DNA of 64,000 nucleotides, taken from positions 21,407 to 85,406 of the forward strand of contig LNEL01000054.1 of the NCBI GenBank assembly GCA_001464935.1, read 5' to 3'. A program made the translations under genes and the position numbers. The notes beneath the pieces are model-generated. The model made no database searches. It was not told the DNA's origin and was given only the letters and a program-made list of their open reading frames with translations. Of the stretch, positions 10,472 to 20,193 are shown in pieces (within the stretch, counting starts at the first letter, position 1; the number at the start of each line of letters is the position of its first letter). The stretch comes from Gammaproteobacteria bacterium Ga0077536 (GTDB taxonomy: Bacteria; Pseudomonadota; Gammaproteobacteria; Ga0077536).

Positions 10472-11260
10472 TTGAAACCAGACCCGCACGCCACAGACGC
10501 CCTCGCCGAGGCCCTTGCCACTGCCGCCACCACCCGCCAGCCGATTGCGCCACTGCGCGATCGCGTGCCGGGCATCGATGCGGAACTGGCCTATGCGATT
10601 CAGGACGCGAACACACATCGCTGGCTCGCCGCCGGCCGGCGCCTCGTCGGCCGCAAGATCGGGCTGACTTCGCTCGCCGTGCAGCAGCAACTCGGGGTCG
10701 ATCGACCCGATTACGGCATGCTGTTCGCCGACATGGCGGTTGGTGATGGCGAACCCGCCGCCCTGGGCCGGTTGATCCAGCCGAAGGTCGAAGCGGAAAT
10801 CGCGCTCGTGCTCGGCCGCGACCTGACGCACGAAAAACACACCTATGCCGATCTGATCCGCGCCACCGATCACGTGCTGCCGGCGATCGAAATCGTCGAC
10901 AGCCGCATCGAGCGCTGGGACATCCGCTTCGTCGACACCGTCGCCGACAATGCCTCGAGCGGGCTCTTCGTACTCGGCAGCGCGCCGAAGCGCCTGCAGG
11001 ACGTCGACGTCACCGCCTGCGCGATGCGCATGGTGCGTGGCAACGACATCGTCTCCAGTGGCAGCGGCCGCGCCTGTCTCGGCAGTCCGCTGACGGCCGC
11101 TGCCTGGCTCGCCGACGTGATGGTCCGCTGCGGTCGCCCGTTGCAGGCTGGCGACATCGTGCTGACCGGCGCGCTCGGGCCGATGGTCGCCGTCACCGCG
11201 CCGGCACGTTTCGAGGCCCACATCGAAGGTCTCGGCAGCGTCGCCGCCATTTTTGTCTGA
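10472..11260 (+). CDS. mhpD: 2-keto-4-pentenoate hydratase
   Basis: [47 protein letters not shown] start after GGAG is inferred. Confidence 0.9.
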   Translation: MKPDPHATDALAEALATAATTRQPIAPLRDRVPGIDAELAYAIQDANTHRWLAAGRRLVGRKIGLTSLAVQQQLGVDRPDYGMLFADMAVGDGEPAALGRLIQPKVEAEIALVLGRDLTHEKHTYADLIRATDHVLPAIEIVDSRIERWDIRFVDTVADNASSGLFVLGSAPKRLQDVDVTACAMRMVRGNDIVSSGSGRACLGSPLTAAAWLADVMVRCGRPLQAGDIVLTGALGPMVAVTAPARFEAHIEGLGSVAAIFV

Positions 11261-11280
11261 GCAGATTCGAGGACCCCAAC

Positions 11281-12141
11281 ATGACCACACCCACAGAAGC
11301 CGACAGCAGCCGTTTCGTCCAGGTGAAAGCGGGCGATCTCGATCTGCGCCTGCACTACAACGATCTCGGCATCGCGGCCGCCGGCACCGTCGTGATGCTC
11401 CACGGGTCCGGCCCCGGCGCGAGCAGCTGGGCGAATTTCAGCCGCAATGCCGGCCCGCTGACCGACGCCGGTTACCGCGTGATCCTGATGGACTGCCCGG
11501 GTTGGTCGAAGAGCGATCCTGTCGTCTGCACCGGTGCGCGCTCCGAGTTGAACGCGCGCGCGCTCGCCGGCCTCGTCGACGCGCTGGGCCTGGGCAGGAT
11601 TCATCTCGTCGGCAATTCGATGGGCGCGCACAGCGCGATGATGTACACGCTGACGCATCCCGACCGCGTCGGCAAACTCGTGCTGATGGGCGGCGGCACC
11701 GGCGGGGCCAGCCCGTTCATGCCGATGCCGACCGAAGGCATCAAACTGCTGAACGCGCTGTATCGCGATCCGTCGATCGAGAACCTGAAGCGCATGATGG
11801 CGGTGTTCGTCTACGACCCGAGCAGCCTCACCGAGGATCTCTACCAATTACGCCTCGACAACATGCTGTCGCGCCGCGAGCATCTCGTGAACTTCGTGAA
11901 GAGCCAGGAGCAGAACCCGAAGCAGTACCCGGACGTCAGCGCGCGCCTCGGCGAGGTCACGCAGCCCGTGCTCGTGATCTGGGGCCGCGACGATCGCTTC
12001 GTGCCCCTCGACGCCGGCCTGCGGCTAGTCGCCGGTCTGCCGAATGCCGATTTCCACGTGTTCGGGCGCTGCGGTCACTGGGCGCAGTGGGAACACGCGG
12101 AACGCTTCAACCGGATGGTGGTGGATTTTCTGGCGGGCTGA
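11281..12141 (+). CDS. mhpC: Meta-cleavage product C-C hydrolase (MhpC/BphD family)
   Basis: [19 protein letters not shown] nucleophile, [18 protein letters not shown]. Confidence 0.9.
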   Translation: MTTPTEADSSRFVQVKAGDLDLRLHYNDLGIAAAGTVVMLHGSGPGASSWANFSRNAGPLTDAGYRVILMDCPGWSKSDPVVCTGARSELNARALAGLVDALGLGRIHLVGNSMGAHSAMMYTLTHPDRVGKLVLMGGGTGGASPFMPMPTEGIKLLNALYRDPSIENLKRMMAVFVYDPSSLTEDLYQLRLDNMLSRREHLVNFVKSQEQNPKQYPDVSARLGEVTQPVLVIWGRDDRFVPLDAGLRLVAGLPNADFHVFGRCGHWAQWEHAERFNRMVVDFLAG

Positions 12142-12145
12142 TGGC

Positions 12146-12361
12146 GCAGGTTGGGCTGACGCAGGAAGCCCAACGTCTGCGCCCCCGGCAACACGGATTC
12201 GCGCTTCGCGCTGCCACGGAGAACACAGAGAACACGGAGACGCGGTGAGTGGGCGTGTGTTTGCCGTACGTTCGCAGCTAGCCGTGACGACTCCTTCTGC
12301 GGCGCGAAACCGGCGGCACTGGACGCGTCCATGTTGGGCTTCCTTCGTCAGCCCAACCTAC
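12146..12361. repeat. REP doublet: 12146-12174 (+, GCAG variant) and 12332-12361 (-)
   Basis: Same REP hairpin as 6468 with single substitutions. Between convergent mhpC and the molybdopterin enzyme gene. Confidence 0.9.
12213..12240 (+). repeat. Single arm of the 9-nt-period repeat family, nested in a REP doublet
   Basis: GCCACGGAGAACACAGAGAACACGGAGA matches the arms at 30581-30709 and 49987-50127. Confidence 0.8.
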
Positions 12362-12578
12362 TTGCGTCCATCGGACCCCGCGCGCTGATAGCGTTCGAGT
12401 TCGTCCGGATCGTAGCCGCGATCGTGCCGCACGCGATCCTCGAGATCGAAGTCGAAGCGCAACAGGCGTTCCAGCACGCGGCACGCGAGGCGGTCGATGA
12501 CATTGCCCTGGCGCGATCCGCGCCGTGCCAACCAGTAACCAAGCGCCGCCATCGCGCGGCGCTGCCATTCACCCCGGT

Positions 12579-14828
12579 TCACGGTGCGTCAGCGGTGAGC
12601 TTGACGATGCGGCAGGGCGCACCCTTGAGATGCGGGATCCCCTGTTCGCGATCGAGATAGTCGTCGTCATCGCGACACAGCATCGAATCGGCATGGACGA
12701 GCGCGCTGGAGAGGCCCTCGACGAGTCCCTGTGCGGTCTCCGGTTTCCACCAGCCGTGCGGCACGCGCACGAGGCCGTCCGGCATGCTGTCCTGCACCTT
12801 TACCTGCATCGTCACGCGCCCGAGCATGGTTTCGACGTGGACCCATTCGCCGTCGACGATCTGCGTCGCTGCCGCGGTGCCGGCGCTGACGAAGAGATTC
12901 GGCTCGGGCTTGCGCTCACGCATCTCTGGAATGTGGCGCCCGCCGGTCTGAAAGTACTCGCCTTCCCGTACGCCGGTGAACATCGTCAGCGGGTAGTCCG
13001 GGTCCGGCGCGGGATCCTCGCGGAAATAGGGCAGGGGATCGAAGCCGAGATCGCGCAGCACCGAGGACTCGAGTTCGACCTTGCCGCTCGGGGTCGCGAA
13101 ACCGGTGGTGAGATATTTCTTCCACTCGCGCTTGCCGGCATGCAGCTCATAGGTCGCGGCGAATTCATCGAAACCGATGCCGAGTTTGGCCAGGCGCCAG
13201 TCGTAAAATTCGTTGAGGCTTGCCCACGGCACGACCTCCGGCATGTCGAGTGCGGCCGCCGTCAGCTTCCAGAACTCGAAGGTGCTCCTGCATTCGCCCG
13301 GTGGTTCCATCGCCTGCTGCGAGGGGCGATAGACCGACAGCCAGCCGTAGGCGTCCCACAGCCACGGTCGCTCGGTCCACGCGTCGCCGGGCAGCACGAA
13401 ATCGGCGAGCTGCGCGGTCGGCGTCATCATGTGTTCCTGCACGACGATCAGATCCTGGTTCAGCATGGCCTTCAGGATCAGCGGCATGTTGGCATAGCTC
13501 AGCAGCGTGTTGTTGCCGAGGGCGAAAAAGGCCTTGACGGGATACGGGCCGTCGCCCGCCATCGCGCGGAAGGTCGCGGTCGGGTTCGCCATGTAGCAGC
13601 CAGTGACCTGGTTGGCATAAGTCCGGCCCCACACGCGCTTCATCGGCTCGCCGAGCGCCGCCTGGCCACGATACGTGAACGCCGGGTGGCGATCCGATCC
13701 GAGCTGTTTGGCCTTCTGCGCCTCGCTCAGGACTTCGTGCATCTCGATGTCGGATTCGGGCACGATTGACGGATGGAAACCCTGCAGTGCTTCGCCACCC
13801 GGCACGTCGACATAGCCGCAGACCGCGCGCAGGATCGTCTGCAGACGAATCGCGGAGGTGCTGTTGCGTTGCTGATCGGTGATCGGGGTCCATGGGATGA
13901 TCGACGGCCCCTGCGTTGCGTACATCCGGGCTGCCCGCGCGATGTCCTCCTCACGACAGCCGGTGAGCTGCGCCACGCGATCGAGCGGGAACTCGTCGAC
14001 CCGCGCGCGCAGGGCGTCGAAGCCGACGGTCCAGTCGGCGACGAACCTGCGATCGTAGAGGCCTTCGTCGAAGATCACCTTCAGCCAGCCGAAGCACATC
14101 GCGGCATCGCTGCCGACCTTCAGCGGCAACCACAGATCGGCCAGTTCCGCTTTTTCACTGCGCCTTGGATCGAGCACGATGAGCCGCGCCCCGCGGGCGC
14201 GCGCACGTTCGATGGCGTTGTGGATCGGCACCCAGCTGTCGCGCTTCGGGTTGTGGCCGAACAGCACGATGCAGCGGGTGTTGTCGTAATCGGGCCACGG
14301 ATACCAGCCGTAGCTCATGCGATTGATCGCCGCCGTGTTGCCGGCGCACAGGGCGACCCCGCTGATCCAGTTCGGTGAACCGACGTGGTTCATCACGCGG
14401 CGGCCAAGCCCGTGATCGGTGCCGGTGTTCCACTGGCTGGTCGACACCGCCCAGGCTTCCGGCCCGTGCCCCGCGATGACTCGTTTCAGGCGCTCGCCGA
14501 TCTCGCCCATCGCTTCGTCCCACGACACGCGCGTCCACTGCCCCGAGCCGCGTTCGCCGACCCGTTTCATCGGATATAGAATTCGGTCGGGATGCGCGAA
14601 GCCTTTGGGTGCGACGACGCCCTTGATGCAGATGTTGTCCTTGAACAGCGGGTTGTCGGAAGAACGGATGCGCGTCACGCGGCCGCGTCTGACTTCAGCG
14701 ACGACGCTGCACGCAATGTCACAGCTGCCGCAGAGGACCTTGCGGGTGCTCGTGTCGGGGTCCGCCGGCTTGCGCTCGAGGCGTTTGAACAGGCGGATGG
14801 CAGGGGCAAGAAACGGGCTGCCAGGCAT
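12579..14828 (-). CDS. DMSO-reductase-family molybdo/tungstopterin enzyme, acetylene hydratase-like
   Basis: CGSCDIAC...ICIK 4Fe-4S motif with Asp after the second Cys, SPNW...LCAGNTA, PYPVKAFFAL, MTPTAQLADFVLPGDAW. No Tat signal. ATG 14828 follows GGAGA. Confidence 0.85.
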   Translation of the reverse strand: MPGSPFLAPAIRLFKRLERKPADPDTSTRKVLCGSCDIACSVVAEVRRGRVTRIRSSDNPLFKDNICIKGVVAPKGFAHPDRILYPMKRVGERGSGQWTRVSWDEAMGEIGERLKRVIAGHGPEAWAVSTSQWNTGTDHGLGRRVMNHVGSPNWISGVALCAGNTAAINRMSYGWYPWPDYDNTRCIVLFGHNPKRDSWVPIHNAIERARARGARLIVLDPRRSEKAELADLWLPLKVGSDAAMCFGWLKVIFDEGLYDRRFVADWTVGFDALRARVDEFPLDRVAQLTGCREEDIARAARMYATQGPSIIPWTPITDQQRNSTSAIRLQTILRAVCGYVDVPGGEALQGFHPSIVPESDIEMHEVLSEAQKAKQLGSDRHPAFTYRGQAALGEPMKRVWGRTYANQVTGCYMANPTATFRAMAGDGPYPVKAFFALGNNTLLSYANMPLILKAMLNQDLIVVQEHMMTPTAQLADFVLPGDAWTERPWLWDAYGWLSVYRPSQQAMEPPGECRSTFEFWKLTAAALDMPEVVPWASLNEFYDWRLAKLGIGFDEFAATYELHAGKREWKKYLTTGFATPSGKVELESSVLRDLGFDPLPYFREDPAPDPDYPLTMFTGVREGEYFQTGGRHIPEMRERKPEPNLFVSAGTAAATQIVDGEWVHVETMLGRVTMQVKVQDSMPDGLVRVPHGWWKPETAQGLVEGLSSALVHADSMLCRDDDDYLDREQGIPHLKGAPCRIVKLTADAP

Positions 14829-14896
14829 CGGGGATCTCCGCGATTGGGGCCGGAACTCGAATACCAGATGCCTGTCCGGCTGGATGAATGACGCAA

Positions 14897-14916
14897 TTAA
14901 GTGTACATACACCTAA
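14897..14916. promoter_or_regulatory. Putative MarR operator palindrome
   Basis: TTA-A-GTGTA-CA-TACAC-C-TAA, an AT-rich inverted repeat in the divergent intergenic region abutting the marR ATG. Confidence 0.65.
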
Positions 14917-15399
14917 ATGGAACGCAAGCGCCACACTTCAATCTTTCTCGAAGAAGCCCGGCAGCGACCGCACCTGTGCTTTGCCGAGGTCATGCGCGCG
15001 GCGAATCGCTCCGTCTCGAGGTTCTACGAACGGCACCTCAAGGACGTCGATATCGGTATCGCGCAGCTGTCTCTGCTGATCCGGCTCTATTACCTGCCCG
15101 ACGTGCCCGTCACGAAACTCGCGCGGGTGCTGAAGACCGACCGCACTACGCTCACCCGGAACCTTCAACCGCTCGAGCGCAGCGGTCACCTGGAGATCGT
15201 GGGCGCGGCAGACAAGCGCTCCCGGCTCGTGCGCCTGACCGCCACGGGCTTCCGCTCCGTCGAGGCCGCGCTGCCGGCCTGGCAGTCCGCACAGCGCACA
15301 CTCGAGGACACGCTCGGCAGCGCGCGCTGGGCGCGCCTGATGACGGACCTGAATGTGCTCGCTGAACTCGACGTCGAACTTGATCCGGACGCCGGCTGA
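14917..15399 (+). CDS. MarR-family transcriptional regulator
   Basis: CxxxxxRxAxRxVSRFY N-terminus, wHTH DRTTLTRNL, DKRSRLVRLT. Confidence 0.9.
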   Translation: MERKRHTSIFLEEARQRPHLCFAEVMRAANRSVSRFYERHLKDVDIGIAQLSLLIRLYYLPDVPVTKLARVLKTDRTTLTRNLQPLERSGHLEIVGAADKRSRLVRLTATGFRSVEAALPAWQSAQRTLEDTLGSARWARLMTDLNVLAELDVELDPDAG

Positions 15400-15523
15400 G
15401 CGCGAACGCGATTCGAGAACCGTGCGCGGGTGCCCGTCTCGCGCATGGTGAGCGGTGTCGCGTGCCGTGACGTACCATGACCGTCACTCCCGAATCTTGT
15501 TCGTGCCCATCAGGAAATCACCC

Positions 15524-15973
15524 GTGAATTTTGGTTATGCCCTGCTGCTCGGCGTGCTCGCCGGCGCTGCCTTCTGCTTCGTCGTGCACCGCTGGTGCCG
15601 GCGCCACGCAAACGCCATCTACTGCACGGCGCTGGTGTACATCGCGGCGGTCTACGTCGGCCCGGCCCTCAGTCGCGGCGCACCCGGCGATGTGCTCGAA
15701 ATCCTCGCCTCGTTCGGCTTCTTCGGGCTCGCCATCACCGGGCTCGCCGGCGGTGAGGCGTGGCTCGCCGCCGGCTACATCCTGCACAGCATGTGGGATG
15801 CGTTTCATGTCGACCTCGCCCACACCGTGCTGCCGCCCTGGTATGCGCCGATGTGCATCGGCTTCGACTGGGCGGTCGGCGTTTGGATCCTGCGCTGGAT
15901 GAAGCAGAAACGGGCGGCGGCGCGTGCCGCCGCGGCGGCGAACCCGGTCGACGGCGGCGTGTCCGCCCCTTAG
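15524..15973 (+). CDS. Small integral membrane protein (DUF6010-like)
   Basis: Multiple TM helices, LHSMWDAFH, PPWYAPMCIGFDW. GTG start is inferred. Confidence 0.65.
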   Translation: MNFGYALLLGVLAGAAFCFVVHRWCRRHANAIYCTALVYIAAVYVGPALSRGAPGDVLEILASFGFFGLAITGLAGGEAWLAAGYILHSMWDAFHVDLAHTVLPPWYAPMCIGFDWAVGVWILRWMKQKRAAARAAAAANPVDGGVSAP

Positions 15974-16041
15974 TCTGACGGCGCCACCGGGCGCCGCGTG
16001 TCCGCCGTCAGCGCCCGTCTGTCCAAACCGAGGAGTCCGCC

Positions 16042-16845
16042 ATGACCGAACCCGTCGTCCTCTGCGACGTCGACGCGCGCGGCATCGCCCGCGTCACGCT
16101 GAACCGCCCCGACAAGAACAACGCCTACAACGCCGAACTCGTCGACGCCCTGCTCACGACGTGCGGCGCCCTGGCGGGCGATCCGCGTGTGCGTGTCGTC
16201 GTCATTCGCGGCAACGGCCGCCACTTCCAGGCCGGCGCCGATCTGAACTGGCTCGGCGCCGTCGCCGCGCAGGACGAGGCGGCGAATGTCGAGACTTCGC
16301 GGCGCACCGCGCTGGTCGTGCGCGGGCTCAACGAGTTTCCGAAGCCGACGATCGCGCTGATCCACGGCGCCTGCATTGGCGGCGGCACCGGGGTCGCCGC
16401 CGCCTGCGACGTGGTGATCGCCACGCGCGACGCGAGCTTCGCGATCAGCGAAGCGCGCTGGGGCCTGTTCGCGAGCGTGATCTTTCCGCAGCTGAACGCC
16501 GCCATCGGTGAACGCCAGGTGCGGCGCTACGCGGTGACCTGCGAGCGCTTCGACGCCGCCCAGGCGCAGCGCATCGGCCTTGTGCACGAGATCTGCGAAC
16601 CGGGCGAACTCGATGCAGCGGCAGCCCCGATCATCGAGGCCATCCTCATGGCGGCGCCGAAGGCCGTCGCGCAGACCAAGCGCGATGTGATGCGCTGCGC
16701 GGGATCGCTGATGACGGAAGAACGCTTCGCCGAACTCGTGCGTTCGCATGCCGCGAAACGCCAGACGGCCGAAGCGGCCGAAGGCTTCGCGAGTTTCGTC
16801 GGCAAGCGCGACCCGGCATGGTGGCCTGCGCCCGACAGCCGGTGA
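16042..16845 (+). CDS. Enoyl-CoA hydratase/isomerase (methylglutaconyl-CoA hydratase-like)
   Basis: TLNRPDKNNA, FQAGADL, KPTIALIHGACIGGG, FAISEARWG. AGGAG SD. Confidence 0.88.
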   Translation: MTEPVVLCDVDARGIARVTLNRPDKNNAYNAELVDALLTTCGALAGDPRVRVVVIRGNGRHFQAGADLNWLGAVAAQDEAANVETSRRTALVVRGLNEFPKPTIALIHGACIGGGTGVAAACDVVIATRDASFAISEARWGLFASVIFPQLNAAIGERQVRRYAVTCERFDAAQAQRIGLVHEICEPGELDAAAAPIIEAILMAAPKAVAQTKRDVMRCAGSLMTEERFAELVRSHAAKRQTAEAAEGFASFVGKRDPAWWPAPDSR

Positions 16846-17040
16846 CGGGCGCGCCGTCATCGATGTTTGCGATCGAAGACGGGCGAGCGCCCTGCGATCC
16901 GGTATCGTTGTCTGTCAGTGTCGTCTGCCGAACGCTTGGTTGCTGCCACGCAGCAAACCCGGCGGTCTTGATCCAGATCACGGGTGCGTCAGCCCCCGAT
17001 CCGCAGACTGGCCTCCGTCGACCACAGGGGAAATAAAACC

Positions 17041-18588
17041 ATGAATGTCTCAGCCTCCAAGCACCTGCCCAAGACCAAGCCCGCCGAACACTTCGACGTC
17101 CTGATCGTCGGCGCCGGCATTTCAGGCGTGGGTGGTGCGTATCACCTGACCCAGCAATGCCCGGACAAGACATTCGTCGTGCTCGAAGCCCTCGAGAGCT
17201 TCGGCGGCACCTGGCTGATGCACAAGTATCCCGGCATCCGGTCCGACAGCGATCTCTACACCTTCGGCTACCGCTTCAAGCCATGGATTGGCCCGCCGAT
17301 CGCGAGCGCCAGCGCCATCCGCGACTACATGGGCGAAGTGATCGAAGAGAACAAGCTCGATCAGCACATCCGTTACAAGCACAAGATTCTGAATGCAAGC
17401 TGGTCGAGCGAAGACAGCCTGTGGACCATCGAAGCCCAGCGCACGGATACCGGCGAACAGCTCACGTTCACCGCGAACTTCCTGTGGATGTGCCAGGGCT
17501 ACTACCGGCATTCGGAAGGCTACACGCCCGAATGGCCGGGCATGAAAGACTTCAAGGGACAGATCGTCCATCCGCAGACCTGGCCCGAAGATCTCGATTA
17601 CAAGGGCAAGAAGGTCGTCGTGATCGGATCCGGCGCGACCACGGCCACCGTGGTACCCGCGATTGCCGCCGACTGCGAACACGTGACGGTGCTGCAGCGC
17701 TCGCCGACCTACTTCGTGCCGGGCATCAATCAGAACGAACTCGCGAACATGCTGCGCAAGCTCGAAGTCCCCGAGGAATGGGTGCACGAGATCGTGCGTC
17801 GCAAGATTCTCGACGACTTCAAACAGCTGACGCGCCGATCCTTCGAGGAGCCCGACAAGCTGCGCGAGGAATTGCTCGCCGGCGTCCGCGCCTACCTCGG
17901 CCCGGACTATGACGTCGACAAGCACTTCACACCCACTTACCGGCCGTGGCGTCAGCGCATCGCCTTCGTGCCTGAAGGCGATCTCTTCAAGGGGATCACC
18001 GCCGGCAAGGCGAGCATGGTCACCGACGAAATCGAACGCTTCACCGACAAGGGCATTCTGCTGAAGTCCGGTCAGGAGCTCGAAGCCGACATCATCGTCA
18101 CCGCCACGGGCTTCAATCTGTCCGCGCTCGGCGACATCAAGTTCACGATCGACGGCAAGCCGCTCAACTTCGCCGACACCGTGACCTATCACGGCATGAT
18201 GTTCACCGGCATGCCGAATCTGCTGTGGGTGTTCGGCTACTTCCGCGCGAGCTGGACGTTGCGCTCCGATCTGCTGTCCGACTTCGTCTGCCGACTGCTG
18301 AAGCACATGGACGAAAAAGGCGTGACCAAGGTTTCCGTCGCGCTGCGCCCGGAAGAGAAGGACATGGAATTGCTGCCGTGGATTGACACGGAGAATTTCA
18401 ACCCGGGTTACCTGTTGCGCGGCATGCACCTGCTGCCGAAGCGCGGTGCGAAGCCGGAGTGGCAGCACACGCAGGATTACTGGCTCGAGAAGGAAGTCAT
18501 TCCGGCCATCGATCTCGACGACCCGGTGTTCGTGTACGAAGGGTCGGCGGCCGAGCGCAAGCAGTCGGCGAAAGTCGCGGCGGGCTGA
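17041..18588 (+). CDS. Flavin-containing Baeyer-Villiger-type monooxygenase (EthA-like)
   Basis: GAGISG, YPGIRSDSD, FKGQIVHPQTWP fingerprint, VIGSGATT, ATG motif. Confidence 0.92.
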   Translation: MNVSASKHLPKTKPAEHFDVLIVGAGISGVGGAYHLTQQCPDKTFVVLEALESFGGTWLMHKYPGIRSDSDLYTFGYRFKPWIGPPIASASAIRDYMGEVIEENKLDQHIRYKHKILNASWSSEDSLWTIEAQRTDTGEQLTFTANFLWMCQGYYRHSEGYTPEWPGMKDFKGQIVHPQTWPEDLDYKGKKVVVIGSGATTATVVPAIAADCEHVTVLQRSPTYFVPGINQNELANMLRKLEVPEEWVHEIVRRKILDDFKQLTRRSFEEPDKLREELLAGVRAYLGPDYDVDKHFTPTYRPWRQRIAFVPEGDLFKGITAGKASMVTDEIERFTDKGILLKSGQELEADIIVTATGFNLSALGDIKFTIDGKPLNFADTVTYHGMMFTGMPNLLWVFGYFRASWTLRSDLLSDFVCRLLKHMDEKGVTKVSVALRPEEKDMELLPWIDTENFNPGYLLRGMHLLPKRGAKPEWQHTQDYWLEKEVIPAIDLDDPVFVYEGSAAERKQSAKVAAG

Positions 18589-18638
18589 GTCTGCATCCGG
18601 GTGGCCGGTGAGGCTGCGAGAGAGAGCGATCTGTCCCT

Positions 18639-19133
18639 TCAGATTGTCGCCGCCTGACGGCGCCGCAGCGCCAGCACGCCGGTCAACGCCGACCCCAGCA
18701 ACAGCAGCGGCATTGGCAACGGCACCGGCGAGGCTGAGGCCACGCTCTGCACATTGATGGCGTACTTGCCGGACAGCAGCCCGTCAGGCTCGTAGCCGCT
18801 GACCAGCGCCGTGAACGACGTGCCGGCAAGCGCAAAGAACGAGCCCGTGGCCCAGGCCGCGCCCGGCACGGTCTCCACCAGCAGGTTCACCGGATTGATC
18901 AAGGCATGCAGCGCCGTGAACGGCGTTGCGCTGCCGGGCACCAGCGCGCCCAGGTCGTAAAGGTTCACGTCGTACGTCCCGGTCACCGTGGTCGTGAAGT
19001 CATAGACGATCGCGCCGAGGCCACTGAAGGCGCCTACTTCATCGAGCGCCACGGTCGTGGCCTGGGCGGAAGTCATGCCGGCGACGAGCAGCGTCGTCAC
19101 CGCGAGAGAGTGTCGCAAGGTCGGAAAAGTCAT
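18639..19133 (-). CDS. Exosortase-target protein (VPLPA/PEP-CTERM-type sorting signal)
   Basis: Signal peptide ending AQA. C-terminal VPLP, then TM helix (MPLLLLGSALTGVLAL), then RRR. Confidence 0.8.
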   Translation of the reverse strand: MTFPTLRHSLAVTTLLVAGMTSAQATTVALDEVGAFSGLGAIVYDFTTTVTGTYDVNLYDLGALVPGSATPFTALHALINPVNLLVETVPGAAWATGSFFALAGTSFTALVSGYEPDGLLSGKYAINVQSVASASPVPLPMPLLLLGSALTGVLALRRRQAATI

Positions 19134-19434
19134 GGGGAGTTTCCTTGTGCGGGTCGCCGACGCCTGCGCGCGACCCGTCGATGGTGGTCGGCCGGCGGGA
19201 GAGCGGGCCGTCTGATTCTGCGCGGGCAGCTTGTGCGCTCGGGCGATGCAGCACCGTGCGCCAGGGCGCTTAGCAGGCAGGTGACGCCCTGCTGTCGCCG
19301 CCTGCGGCGAGCGCACGGCCGAGAGGCGCTCGCCTTCGGTGAGGATTGATGGACAGCCAGCGCCAGCCTCGTTGCGCGTGTGCCGCGCAGACTAGGGCCG
19401 CACCATTTTTTTCCGGCTTGTCAGGTCCGCGACG

Positions 19435-19842
19435 CTAGGGCAGCGATGCGCGCAACGCGGACGGCTCCGCATCCATCTGCGCGCGGACCGCCAGCGCGGC
19501 GGCTTCGCAGGTGTCGAGCGAATCCAGCACCCTCAGCTGCAATGACAGGCCCGGCTCGCCGCCCCCGGCACTGAGACTCGCCGCCTCGTTCAGATGGCGG
19601 CAATCGCTGACGATGCGATCCTCCGCGGCCAGCAGGGCTGCGCTGTCACGCGGGGACGGCGGGATGTCGGTTTCGCCGGCGTCAATCAGCCGGCTGATGA
19701 CGGCGTTCTGCAGGCGGAACACCTGCTCGCCGTGTACGCCGATCGCTTCGTGTTCATCGTTGCCGCGGGTCACCGACCAGCGCGCGACGACGGTCGTCGC
19801 CAGCACGAGGACCGCAATCACCAGGCCCTGTTTTGCATTCAT
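19435..19842 (-). CDS. Hypothetical exported/membrane-anchored protein
   Basis: N-terminal hydrophobic helix, helical body with two Cys (EQVFRLQN...CRHLNE...C). Confidence 0.55.
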   Translation of the reverse strand: MNAKQGLVIAVLVLATTVVARWSVTRGNDEHEAIGVHGEQVFRLQNAVISRLIDAGETDIPPSPRDSAALLAAEDRIVSDCRHLNEAASLSAGGGEPGLSLQLRVLDSLDTCEAAALAVRAQMDAEPSALRASLP

Positions 19843-20138
19843 TGCTTCGTTACTCCGGGTTCGCGCACGAACCGTTACGGACACCTGGGGCGCGGTTGGC
19901 GGCGCGAGGACGATCGCTGCCAGGACCGTAGCGCATGATCGCCAAAGCCCCCGCCGGCGTCGGTACGCAACCGCGCACAGGGCGTGCACGGGCGGCCAGC
20001 TGCGGTGGAAAGAAAGGGTCGCCGGCGAGCCGCCCGGGTGCGCCAAGCTGGGGTCGGGCCGTCTCCGCCGCCCCAGGACGGCGCGTTCAGGATGGGTCTG
20101 TCACGCGCATTTCGGCCGGGATCAGTGACTTAAGCCGC

Positions 20139-20153
20139 TGGCGCAACTTTTGC
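20139..20153 (+). promoter_or_regulatory. Sigma54 (-24/-12) promoter of the amt gene
   Basis: TGGCGC-AACTT-TTGC, exact GG-N10-GC spacing, 40 nt upstream of the amt ATG. Confidence 0.7.
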
Positions 20154-20193
20154 GAGGGCTCGACCATTCAATGGGTCCGCACTGGGGGGTGTC

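Noticed and set aside
19245..19265. Sigma54 promoter upstream of the VPLP-CTERM gene
   Set aside because: Minus-strand TGGCGC...TGC has 11 rather than 10 nt between GG and GC.
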